Positions 28,801-35,125 of a DNA stretch of 45,831 nucleotides are shown piece after piece (the stretch's first letter is position 1; each line of letters begins with the position of its first letter). Location: assembly GCA_043816785.1 (NCBI GenBank), contig JBDRHP010000068.1:1-45831 (forward strand), given 5' to 3'. The notes below the pieces were generated by a model, which was not told the origin of the DNA, ran no database searches, and saw nothing but the letters and a program-made list of their open reading frames with translations. The stretch is from Candidatus Margulisiibacteriota bacterium (GTDB lineage: Bacteria > Margulisbacteria > WOR-1 > O2-12-FULL-45-9). The position numbers and the translations under genes were made by a program.

Positions 28801-29056
28801 CGGTCCCGCGAAGCATAAACGACTCAAGCTCTTGAATTGAGGACAGCTGGTTTCTAAAACGGCCCTTGAGAACACCTTGGGCCATTAGTTGGTCAAGCAC
28901 TGCGTCCTGGTTCTGGACGTCTAGACTGCGCAGGTTTTGGGCTAATAATGCACGGTTGGCAAAACCAAAGCGGGCATAGAAGTTGGTTAACCGTGGGGAA
29001 ATGCGGTTTTGAATAAACCGGCCAATCGGGTTGATCCTTGTTTGTGATGGGCTCAT
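22829..29056 (-). CDS. Giant, highly diverged cellulose-synthase (BcsA/CesA)-like GT2 membrane protein
   Basis: BcsA-like motifs in the correct order: YPHVEV (~PtVDV), TKTANL (~HAKAGNL), IDVFH (~FDADH), GQRQQ (~VQTPQ), DEYFY..QTGKD, NGTQFVG (~FCGS), SGGF, VSED (TED), GYQLKY, QDAQRY (QxxRW), FVITAEQK (FxVTxK gating loop); multiple N- and C-terminal TM helices. Confidence 0.72.
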   Translation of the reverse strand: MSPSQTRINPIGRFIQNRISPRLTNFYARFGFANRALLAQNLRSLDVQNQDAVLDQLMAQGVLKGRFRNQLSSIQELESFMLRGTVNSARMSALSNGLQEVFPGTGEILENLSVGIFQAQETAFTRLLGSEQGSASLDLVFMLGAGSAAVIGATILGVPASYLLGAGTVYSVVSAVLLNRVDPHSSAGKIFKFGSMLLPFTLTGSMLYGSFVTYNSGFMFIDAMQKHFGSLPLIGLTAGFLGTIAWTVKDASRALSSNLGYLRPLSKSQIIKTMAWSNLKIFSGINYMSYRVVLFAAFALGAAAFHGSGLSTLGLVGAGVGLGVRLGLPMLAKEYPSLRRERLTERVANWYERQVNRFNSRSITLRPGTDQEMTIKISGAKGSDESIALKINNGEKVISLKGKTKDDINKIIEAAENKLGQNNCPDQVKDALRAVYKRADRMHYHPMDKMIIEFAAGLAIKYGALLALTLPFAVDPMALFFDLATVFTGYWTIFADVHSGQASITSAINWKRSMFNPGDALLSDAELRSTNNFCARMIAYIVEAERNFSKIVNMLIMEYPHVEVELCGEGLPFANLGMIKQLRAAREVHDYMRQWRDGLYQQFKQIDQRLQQVDQNNPQQVNQAAQELAQLLNQLGDLYTKLDNPQAFVPRLRRLLAEDAQRPGPEKWFKLDNDESFVRTTFEAVRIRGFRFYEMARDFEEMAKQGAAAPADLEFFVREMLGIFSVEFNHVQRKFDVLDDNYFTKTANLSWPETHMGDSLYQVWRLVSQGGGRHVFQPNYVPSTYIRIKNPNYNHRAGDRTENKRFLWIRRETFLEVLGISQPMSNEFQYVDNTPANIRQVEENINIRTGHHNLIVRGFFSDQEVLPSNHLIDWQGNPVAPSDLVWLPGHEAPTNFRTRFQAWAKAHYGNDYEAFVAQHGAEALWFIDRPEVLVLAPNENYNVCDEAYIVINTERVLQAEINLTAKKDKIVRVVNYDEWTASFPNPDPARPIEQAAGWWRQDSFIGIRYRTTDGQEYNIPYPENRMLFVNIESNKGSWMDISYGLIKDRDGVPYIEVYSKDNRKLGEVKTEWPHHMHPPAEIEGVDGVPRIEFDMFTDRVGMATWLIADYGENYGSESYNRYRFSRLDFDTEAKLQFWPNFIRSIKTSSNGKRLIFKTISTNCESFPFDKRWANIQMAHEAEALEVNTSGNIYIDPNTHTWSPVRDARHTQQVKRGGLVLVRDASGNEAVLPLERLPRGLRSLKDLRKIIDAELVGDQLVVTKLRRNSPTKDTTEYIYSLRNGLVEESESYKQLKWLLEKQDLTVRVSQADGTYQLELFDQEGNRVDIPLEAADLVDHYGQGFLQSRQMGSADSFYQRNNNNYQGTAEYRPRLVRIDGKIKLILTRAEKVSVERSASTAQLFDYLSSTTPAKIMIAKPTSAVKVRVDGNEKWVPMSLTKPITYKETANNATVGVKVNGKIRYFQAPLSKDLPPVTYYIKYDRATDRFVAYTLEAERNEETGAISFVHLATAPVSNEVEQQIRNSLAQNGVSDLNSVDDIRIDVFHTRPPEVIDGVYHSVVHGQRQQGVFYKDETFPASEQAQFRDEYFYAITNELFSEAFPPNRDARSGGLQTGKDRDFDENDKNSGKPIENGTQFVGNHQHLFELAEVLMGVPKGGLIAYAMALGRSGGFEKIIHKPNFAKLTLYCREKGWMSGVSEDEQGVLSLALALGYQLKYHLRITAFEAQPNTYGQVHGQDAQRYNTALALGEDVLMPYERREMLKRLGGKRFAGTWKQKLEHFAFRAWYEWPKAELARQASPIVFLATNGRVKPYIVDPYFLFSWSLDFLVGLGMYSNMRAGLGRTKETTGHNRYWWSFIEGPSMNQAFFFQSHRGILELFRKGWQYGNFVITAEQKTESSVPEENKNYLEHMIVAQGASVAFGLAMTVPGAIALGDIGHAFTKDYLFNEIWALYAMYINLRALNYIERNEISHPESKDSKAEAFRAERLQAVENINVASDETGNRFFEAYDAFRAGDQARAIDMLQQIVAEDAPHKIMNYVLLSERLLEELGIDLKTVPRGKMTSQGRKLNFWGAWK

Positions 29057-29079
29057 GGTATATTGTCCTTTCTGTATAT

Positions 29080-29107
29080 ATATCGGCAGTTTTTGGGTAA
29101 AATTTCA
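29080..29107 (-). promoter_or_regulatory. sigma28/FliA-like promoter P6
   Basis: Minus strand T-GAAATTTT-acccaaaaact(11)-GCCGATAT, 23 nt upstream of the synthase ATG. Confidence 0.75.
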
Positions 29108-29129
29108 GGAAATTTTGAGGAAATGAGCT

Positions 29130-31715
29130 CTATAAGTTGGAGGATTCATCTATAGGAATGGAGATTTCGAGCAGATCCTGATCAAGATCATACTCAAAAT
29201 CCAATAGTTGGTTAATCTTTGCCAGGTCAAATTTCTCTAAAAGAGCTAATAATTGCGCTCTATCTTGGGTGCTTCTGAATTCGAAACTAACTCTTTTTAT
29301 AGAGGTTTTTTGCACATATTCGCTCAGCCAAATGAGTAACCTGGCCCGCAATCTGGCGTCATCCATCCCTCTGGTCAGACTGTCAATCTTGCGGATATCG
29401 CTGATCGCGCCCAGCCTTGTTTTTAGATCATTTACTTTGTTGGATATTTTCCTGCTCAAATAAGCCTCGAGCTTTCTTTTCTTTTTGGGGGACCTTGTTC
29501 TGGCTAGCTGGTTACGCAATTCTGGATTTTCGGCCAGGACCTGCTGTCTGCAATAATTATCCAGTTCCTGGGCAGCCAGGCTCGCGTCCTTTTGGCGTAT
29601 GGCTTCATCTTCGGCAGAAGGTTTTGAAGGAGTTTCCCTGACGACCCAGCGATTCCAACGATTGATCCCTTCACTTTCCTGGCCAAAACCAATTTTCTCC
29701 AGCTTGCTGGAGAGCTCTTCGTGGGATCTGGCATAGAGCACTGACTGGTAGGCTTGACGGATGCTGTTGAGATCACGCACTGATAGTTTTCCTCTGTGGC
29801 CAACCGAGTTCATGTCAGCGATCCCCAGTAAATAGAGACATCTGATGGCAAAATCCCGCAATTTTCTGTCAGGATACAATTCAAAAATCTGATGAAGGAT
29901 TTCAGGATCTTCTTCCCGGATAATGAAGGCGTCGCCGAACAGAGAATGAAATCTGATTATATTTTTGACAAAATCCAATTCATCCCCGGCAACCGAGCCA
30001 CGAAGAGACCTAATTTGTCCGAAAATTTGCGCTCCAAGGCTGGCGTGGGTATTGTGTTTGACGAGTTTACCGATATCATGCAAGAGCACGCCAATCAGGA
30101 ATGCCCTGAACAAACTCCGGTTTTCTTCCCTAATAATACCATGATAAACCTCGGAAAAATGTCGGAAGTCAGAAGTGGAATGGGCCAGATTATCTTCATC
30201 TCTAAATTCTCCTCTTTCAGCCAATTCCCGGGCAAGCATAACATCCGGGCTATGCGCTGCTTCGGCAATAAAGCGCAGCGTGTGGAATAGCCCGAGAACG
30301 TGATCCAGCAGAACGCGCTCTTCCACCGCCGGGAATAAACTCATTGCTTGGTAGATCGTGACCTTGCTTTCTGTTGTTGGGTCAAGATCAGGAACAGCCC
30401 CAAGCAATTCTTTACATCTGGCCAGGTTTAATGTTATAGAAAGAAGGCGATTGATGTCGCCTGGAAAGAAATAGTCCAAAAAAGACGCCAAACCTTCGTT
30501 CCGCATCTGTTGTTCAAAATCATGTGCCGGTTCCACTCTAATAAAAGCGAGCAGATCTCTGAGTTCGTCAGCTGTTTCTATTCTGGCAAAACGGCTTTCT
30601 TCTCCAGCGGCAATTGCCTGATCGATCAAGGCTTTATCTTTGTGGTTAAGCTCGCCATATAGTTCTTGCGTGACCCTGCTGACCTGCTCAAGTTTTTCTG
30701 GAGTGGTTAGGACCAGGTAGTTGGTATGTGGGGAAGTCTGTTCGGCCAACTCCATTCCGGGGAAGTGGCGCTCAGCTACTGACCGGTAGACACTGAGGGC
30801 CTGTCTGGCCCACACCTGAGCAAGGTCATCCGTAAGTTCTCGATCAGGTCCCCAAAGCTCGTCATTTTTGAAAAGCCCGACCAGTTGGCCTGATTCAAGC
30901 CTTTCTTTAGCCACGCCAGCAAATCTCGGGTCGCCATATTTACCGTTGGTAACTGCTTCAATATGGCTCAAACTTCTGGCGTAAGCTCGGTCAGCCCGGT
31001 AGAGGCCGGCTTTGAGCAAACTAAGTTCATCGTAAAATTCCGCAAAACCAGGAAGGCTCCTTTCCCAGCCCAAGCCAACGTAATGAAAAGCGGGAGGGGC
31101 GGCTAAGCCAATATAGGCAAAATCATGCACAGCCAAAACACTTCTGGTGTTGTCAAAAAATCTGTCAGAGGCTTGGAAATTGGGTTTTTCATCGGCCCGA
31201 AGCTGAGCTAAATACACCGGGATAAGAGCTGTATGCCAGTCGTGACACACAAAAATGTCCGGGGCAGTGTCCAGGTGTCTTTGTAATTCCATAGCGGCAT
31301 GACAGAAGAAGGCAAATCTTTCGATGTCATTTGCCCAGCCGTACATTTTTTCCTGATCAAAAAAATCCGGGCTATCAATAAAGTATGTTGGCTCTGCCAG
31401 CTCTTCAGGCGGGGACATGGTTTTGATCGGGACATCTCTTCTTTTGCTGCCGAAGGAAAAGTGCAAAGTAGCGAACTCCCAAAGTTGCCGACCTTCTGAT
31501 TCAATAATTTCCCGGGTTGTTCGAAACAAAGGCAGAACCGATGAAGCATCTACTCCTAATGATCTTAGGGCTGGCGGGACTTTGCCGGCTACCTGGGAGA
31601 GCCCTTTTCGCATTTGTTCCGGGACATAAGGATAGGCTTGCGTGGCTACGTGAACCACGCGCAAATTTCTTTGCCCGACCAAAGGTTGGTATAAGTTTAG
31701 CCTTGAGAGAGCCAT
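29130..31715 (-). CDS. Glycogen/starch synthase N-terminal (GT5) domain fused to a GlnD-like HD domain
   Basis: GT5 N-domain: RVVHVATQAYPY, ERFAFFCHAA, PDIFVCHDWHTALIPVYL, SVLAVHDFAYIG, LLKAGLYRAD. HD part: DHVL, VLLHDIGK, HASLGA, IIRFH, LYLLGIADM. No GT1-type C-terminal half. Confidence 0.75.
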   Translation of the reverse strand: MALSRLNLYQPLVGQRNLRVVHVATQAYPYVPEQMRKGLSQVAGKVPPALRSLGVDASSVLPLFRTTREIIESEGRQLWEFATLHFSFGSKRRDVPIKTMSPPEELAEPTYFIDSPDFFDQEKMYGWANDIERFAFFCHAAMELQRHLDTAPDIFVCHDWHTALIPVYLAQLRADEKPNFQASDRFFDNTRSVLAVHDFAYIGLAAPPAFHYVGLGWERSLPGFAEFYDELSLLKAGLYRADRAYARSLSHIEAVTNGKYGDPRFAGVAKERLESGQLVGLFKNDELWGPDRELTDDLAQVWARQALSVYRSVAERHFPGMELAEQTSPHTNYLVLTTPEKLEQVSRVTQELYGELNHKDKALIDQAIAAGEESRFARIETADELRDLLAFIRVEPAHDFEQQMRNEGLASFLDYFFPGDINRLLSITLNLARCKELLGAVPDLDPTTESKVTIYQAMSLFPAVEERVLLDHVLGLFHTLRFIAEAAHSPDVMLARELAERGEFRDEDNLAHSTSDFRHFSEVYHGIIREENRSLFRAFLIGVLLHDIGKLVKHNTHASLGAQIFGQIRSLRGSVAGDELDFVKNIIRFHSLFGDAFIIREEDPEILHQIFELYPDRKLRDFAIRCLYLLGIADMNSVGHRGKLSVRDLNSIRQAYQSVLYARSHEELSSKLEKIGFGQESEGINRWNRWVVRETPSKPSAEDEAIRQKDASLAAQELDNYCRQQVLAENPELRNQLARTRSPKKKRKLEAYLSRKISNKVNDLKTRLGAISDIRKIDSLTRGMDDARLRARLLIWLSEYVQKTSIKRVSFEFRSTQDRAQLLALLEKFDLAKINQLLDFEYDLDQDLLEISIPIDESSNL

Positions 31716-31739
31716 AAATTCCTTTCTTAAGAAAAAATA

Positions 31740-33077
31740 TTAGATCGGGTCAAAGGCCAGGCCGCCGTGAATGGTTTCATAAATGATGCGGTCACTTATC
31801 GTCTTGGGAGCGAATTCCGGCCCGAGCGTTCCGCCGACAAAAATACAGTTGACCAGTCTGACTCCTCGGCTGATCACATTCCTTCTCATCATGGACTTGC
31901 CGGCAAGACTTTGGTGGCTTCCCGGAAAAACAATACTGTTTTTGATGTGGCCGGCAATGTCGGTATTGCCAAGGATAACGGAATTCCTGATCCTGGCAGT
32001 ACTTCTAATGACAGCGCTTTCGTCGATAAAGGAAGGGTTTCGAAATTTCCTGGCCAACTCTCCCAGACTCTGCCAGCTGCTGGGAAATCGGCCGACTGAT
32101 TCTGCTTCTTCATTGGGTTTCTGGCCGGCATTCATTTGCAGGGCTGCCAGGTTGGCCTGAAGTAAAGCCAGCGGATTGCCAATGTCACGCCAGTAAGTGT
32201 TTCCTGGGAGGAGGTAGGCGTAAAAAGGATAATCTCCCCGTTTGACTTTGCGAATAAAATTGTCATTAATATTGTGCGAAGCAAATTCTTCGTGCCGGCC
32301 GCCAAGCAAAGGGAGAATATGAAGGCCGATATCGGAAAAGCGGGGATCGGCTTCTCTTGGAGTGATGAAAGGGGCAAGGTCCATTAATAGTCCAGCCTGG
32401 AAGAAATATATTGCCGTGCTGATCAAGTTGCTTTGAGCGCGATCCCTTTCTTCCTGTTCGCAGAAGGTCTCGACCCGAAATGATTGTCCGTGGAGGACCT
32501 CTGACCGCTGTCTTAGTGCAGTTTCAAAATGATTTCTGTCTCTAAACTCAGCAATGGTTGGCAGAATGCCCAATTTGATCGTGCCAAAAGTTCGTTCTTT
32601 CCATTCTGTTGAGGACCATCTGATAGGCAGGGCGGCTACGGTGAGTGCGGCATTATTGTGCAAGTGATTTAACAAGATCGGTTTCAAATCAATGTTATTA
32701 GGCGTGTCGCAGGGCAGCACACAAATAGTGTCTCCCCGGTCAACGTCGAGGAAATTTTCCATGATATATTTTAAGGTGCCGGCCGTGTCCAAAAGGCTTT
32801 TCTCGCTAAAAGCGTTGATTCTAAAGGATGGGGTTTCCAGCTCGGCAAGGTGCCTTTCCAGTATCTCAGACATGGGACGCGGACCGGTGCCAACATGGAT
32901 CATTTGAACGCCCAGTCTTTGCAGAGCATTGATCGAATAATCGATCAAAACCCTGTTGAGCAATGGGAGCATTGGCTTAGGGCGGGCAAACGAGCAAATA
33001 CCTGGATTTGTGATCGCGCGGTGTCTCATGCCGTAACCAGCTGCCAGAATAACTCCGTGAACGATTGACGTCTTCAT
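31740..33077 (-). CDS. Sugar-1-phosphate nucleotidyltransferase (GlgC / mannose-1-P guanylyltransferase-like)
   Basis: ILAAGYGMR...RPKPMLP, LDTAG, VLPCD, LTVA, ISTAIYFF, SDIGLHILP, YWRDIG, C-terminal left-handed beta-helix-like repeats (IRNSVI, IKNSIV). Confidence 0.8.
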   Translation of the reverse strand: MKTSIVHGVILAAGYGMRHRAITNPGICSFARPKPMLPLLNRVLIDYSINALQRLGVQMIHVGTGPRPMSEILERHLAELETPSFRINAFSEKSLLDTAGTLKYIMENFLDVDRGDTICVLPCDTPNNIDLKPILLNHLHNNAALTVAALPIRWSSTEWKERTFGTIKLGILPTIAEFRDRNHFETALRQRSEVLHGQSFRVETFCEQEERDRAQSNLISTAIYFFQAGLLMDLAPFITPREADPRFSDIGLHILPLLGGRHEEFASHNINDNFIRKVKRGDYPFYAYLLPGNTYWRDIGNPLALLQANLAALQMNAGQKPNEEAESVGRFPSSWQSLGELARKFRNPSFIDESAVIRSTARIRNSVILGNTDIAGHIKNSIVFPGSHQSLAGKSMMRRNVISRGVRLVNCIFVGGTLGPEFAPKTISDRIIYETIHGGLAFDPI

Positions 33078-33132
33078 TATTAGACCCCGATTTAATTAAA
33101 GTATTTGGCTCCAAACGCTTCTAGCCATTTAT

Positions 33133-33160
33133 TTATCCGTGGCTTTTGATAAAAATTTCA
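33133..33160 (-). promoter_or_regulatory. sigma28/FliA-like promoter P7
   Basis: Minus strand T-GAAATTTT-tatcaaaagcc(11)-ACGGATAA; the most divergent -10 of the set. Confidence 0.55.
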
Positions 33161-33179
33161 GTTTTGAAGAGGAAAATAG

Positions 33180-33221
33180 GTGCGCCTTTAGTCAAAAAGG
33201 CAGCCCCTTTTGTTAAAGCAC
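33180..33221 (-). terminator. Imperfect hairpin just after the UDPGP-like gene stop
   Basis: Minus strand GTGCTTTAACAAAAGG-GGCTG-CCTTTTTGACTAAAGGCGCAC. Confidence 0.35.
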
Positions 33222-33225
33222 TTTT

Positions 33226-34629
33226 TTAGATTATGCCATGTTCTCTGGCTAAATCGAGGAACCCCGGTTGCTGGTCTTGAGCCTGCATTGCCTCCAAAGT
33301 TGGTGCTCCGTGGGCCAAAATCTTAAGATTTCTGATCTGCTGCACTGGCTGCCACATGATCACTGCAGTGGGTAATTCAAAGTTTTGGTCTCCTTGCACA
33401 CTTTGCGGATAAAGATGATGCCCCTTGATGGTTAAATGCTGCGGCAATGTTTGTCTGGCCAGGACACGCAAGGCCTCAACCGGGTTCGGGAACATGTTAA
33501 AGTTTTTATTTAAATAAGCGATCTGCGCCAGTGAGGCTGGATCGTCATTGCGGACAATGTCCCCGCCACAATCGCTTTCAATGCAAACGACCTTATCCAA
33601 GGCCGGGTCAAAGGTGAAAAAACCGCCTTTTTGCGGTGGGATCCCTTGCGCCACAGCTTCCATGGTCATCCGAAAACCCTGGTTGCCCAAACGCAAGGCC
33701 ATGGCCAGGTTGGTCAGATTAATTGCGCTGGTCAAGTAATCCAGATCTTCGATCGGGTAGGAGGTAAGATTGCTCATGCCGCTAAAAATTTCTTCAACAG
33801 CTTCAGGAGCTAAGAAATTTCTTTCCAGCTCACCGTTAGCAGGATTGATCCTGGCCCAAAAGACTTTGCCGTTGAGGGTTTCTTGTGTTTTCATGTCTCC
33901 ATGGTTCCAAAGCCTAAATTCTGAGCGTTGGTCAAAATAAACTTGGCTGTCTCTGATGCTCATGCCCAGACCTTTTTCCTGAACAACAAACAGGGTTCGC
34001 TCTGGTGACAGGCCAAAGTGACTGTGTTGGGCAAATTCTCGCACGATCTGCAATTGAGTTTCTTCATTAAGCACAGTTAAGCTAAATTGGCTTTTAATTA
34101 CTTCAGCTGGGTTTAAAGCCGGGCTGGAGCTGGGAGAGGCAGCCAACTTTATTAAGTCATAAACAAATTGCAGTTTATGCCTGACTCCTAAAGAGATCGG
34201 GGCCAGGTCATTGGGAGCCACAGGGATGGGGATGATGTTATCGGGTTGCCTTAATCCGTGTAGAATTAGCGCTTCAGCAATCTTTTGCGGGGTGAGCAAA
34301 TATTTTGTGCCTAAGCCGAGCCTGGTTGCTTCGCCGGCTGCGGCATCTTCAACGATTTCTTGCCCCCCCAGTTTTACTGCTTCGGCTGCTCGCAGTTCCT
34401 CAGCGGAAACGGAATCCGGGGTTACGACAACGAGATGGTCTGCGACCCTTTGCATATCACAGTTTCCCAGGTCGCGATAAGCCCGTAACCTGACTTGGTC
34501 TAGGGCGATTTGTTTTGTTGTTAGGGAAGGCATTCTGGAGCCGTAGAAACTATTAAGTTCAGCTTGTGTTCGTGACAAAACTCTTCCGCGATAACCGGTC
34601 ATTGTCCTCATGTTTGTTCTGGCAACCAT
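33226..34629 (-). CDS. UDPGP-family (eukaryote-type UTP:sugar-1-phosphate uridylyltransferase) protein
   Basis: AAAGEATRLGLGTK (~LAGGxGTRLG..K), VVQ, WNHGD (~GHGD), PIEDL (~NVDN), QKGG, VVCIE, LNKNFN (~NTNN). Confidence 0.65.
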   Translation of the reverse strand: MVARTNMRTMTGYRGRVLSRTQAELNSFYGSRMPSLTTKQIALDQVRLRAYRDLGNCDMQRVADHLVVVTPDSVSAEELRAAEAVKLGGQEIVEDAAAGEATRLGLGTKYLLTPQKIAEALILHGLRQPDNIIPIPVAPNDLAPISLGVRHKLQFVYDLIKLAASPSSSPALNPAEVIKSQFSLTVLNEETQLQIVREFAQHSHFGLSPERTLFVVQEKGLGMSIRDSQVYFDQRSEFRLWNHGDMKTQETLNGKVFWARINPANGELERNFLAPEAVEEIFSGMSNLTSYPIEDLDYLTSAINLTNLAMALRLGNQGFRMTMEAVAQGIPPQKGGFFTFDPALDKVVCIESDCGGDIVRNDDPASLAQIAYLNKNFNMFPNPVEALRVLARQTLPQHLTIKGHHLYPQSVQGDQNFELPTAVIMWQPVQQIRNLKILAHGAPTLEAMQAQDQQPGFLDLAREHGII

Positions 34630-34663
34630 AATATTTTACTCCTTTACAATTAGTTCTATTTTT

Positions 34664-34691
34664 TTATCGGACTAAAACTTTAGAAATTTCA
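34664..34691 (-). promoter_or_regulatory. sigma28/FliA-like promoter P8
   Basis: Minus strand T-GAAATTTC-taaagttttag(11)-TCCGATAA, 34 nt upstream of the ATG at 34629. Confidence 0.7.
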
Positions 34692-34707
34692 CTAGATATG
34701 TTAGAAT
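34679..34707 (+). promoter_or_regulatory. sigma70-type extended -10 promoter, probably giving a leaderless transcript
   Basis: TTTAGA-17 nt-TAGAAT with TG at the extended position (TGtTAGAAT, 34699-34707); ATG 7 nt downstream; no SD. Confidence 0.5.
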
Positions 34708-34714
34708 GTAGAAC

Positions 34715-35122
34715 ATGATCAAGGTAAAACCGCTTTTTGGCGGGTTTGGCAAACAAGGCGAAAAGGTCTCAGAAGAAAACGGTATCTATACCTTGGAAGG
34801 CAAGGGAACGGATATTGGCTGTAATCTTGTCCTGCAGGAAGAGATCCTCAAGCCCTCGTTGCTTGAGCTGGAGATCAGAGGCAAGATCAAAAAGGCGTCT
34901 GAGTGGGCCAGACTGAGGATTGAGATCTTTGACTGGGATAAGCCTGATGAGCCAGCCACTTCTTTTGAAAATGAATACCTGCCGCTAGATCTAAGTGACG
35001 AGCACTTTAAACTGCTCTCTTTGCCTATCTTGGGTATTGTCCACTCCCCGCAAAGGGTCCAGTTTATGGTCGTGGGGCCGGCTGAGACAAAACTGGAGAT
35101 CAAAAACGTCTGCATCAGATGA
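34715..35122 (+). CDS. Hypothetical small beta-sandwich protein, possibly carbohydrate-binding-module-like
   Basis: 135-aa ORF of alternating beta-strand character (LELEIRG, RLRIEIFD, RVQFMV, KLEIKNVCI), 3 nt before the GH26 gene. Confidence 0.6.
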   Translation: MIKVKPLFGGFGKQGEKVSEENGIYTLEGKGTDIGCNLVLQEEILKPSLLELEIRGKIKKASEWARLRIEIFDWDKPDEPATSFENEYLPLDLSDEHFKLLSLPILGIVHSPQRVQFMVVGPAETKLEIKNVCIR

Positions 35123-35125
35123 AGC

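Noticed and set aside
29130..33077. Calling these genes glgA and glgC
   Set aside because: The first lacks KTGGL and the C-terminal GT-B half; the second has an MPG-like N-terminus and altered substrate motifs, so orthology is unsupported.
1..34691. Prophage or mobile genomic island
   Set aside because: No integrase, transposase, phage structural gene, flanking tRNA or att repeat was seen; the shared promoter suggests a native regulon.
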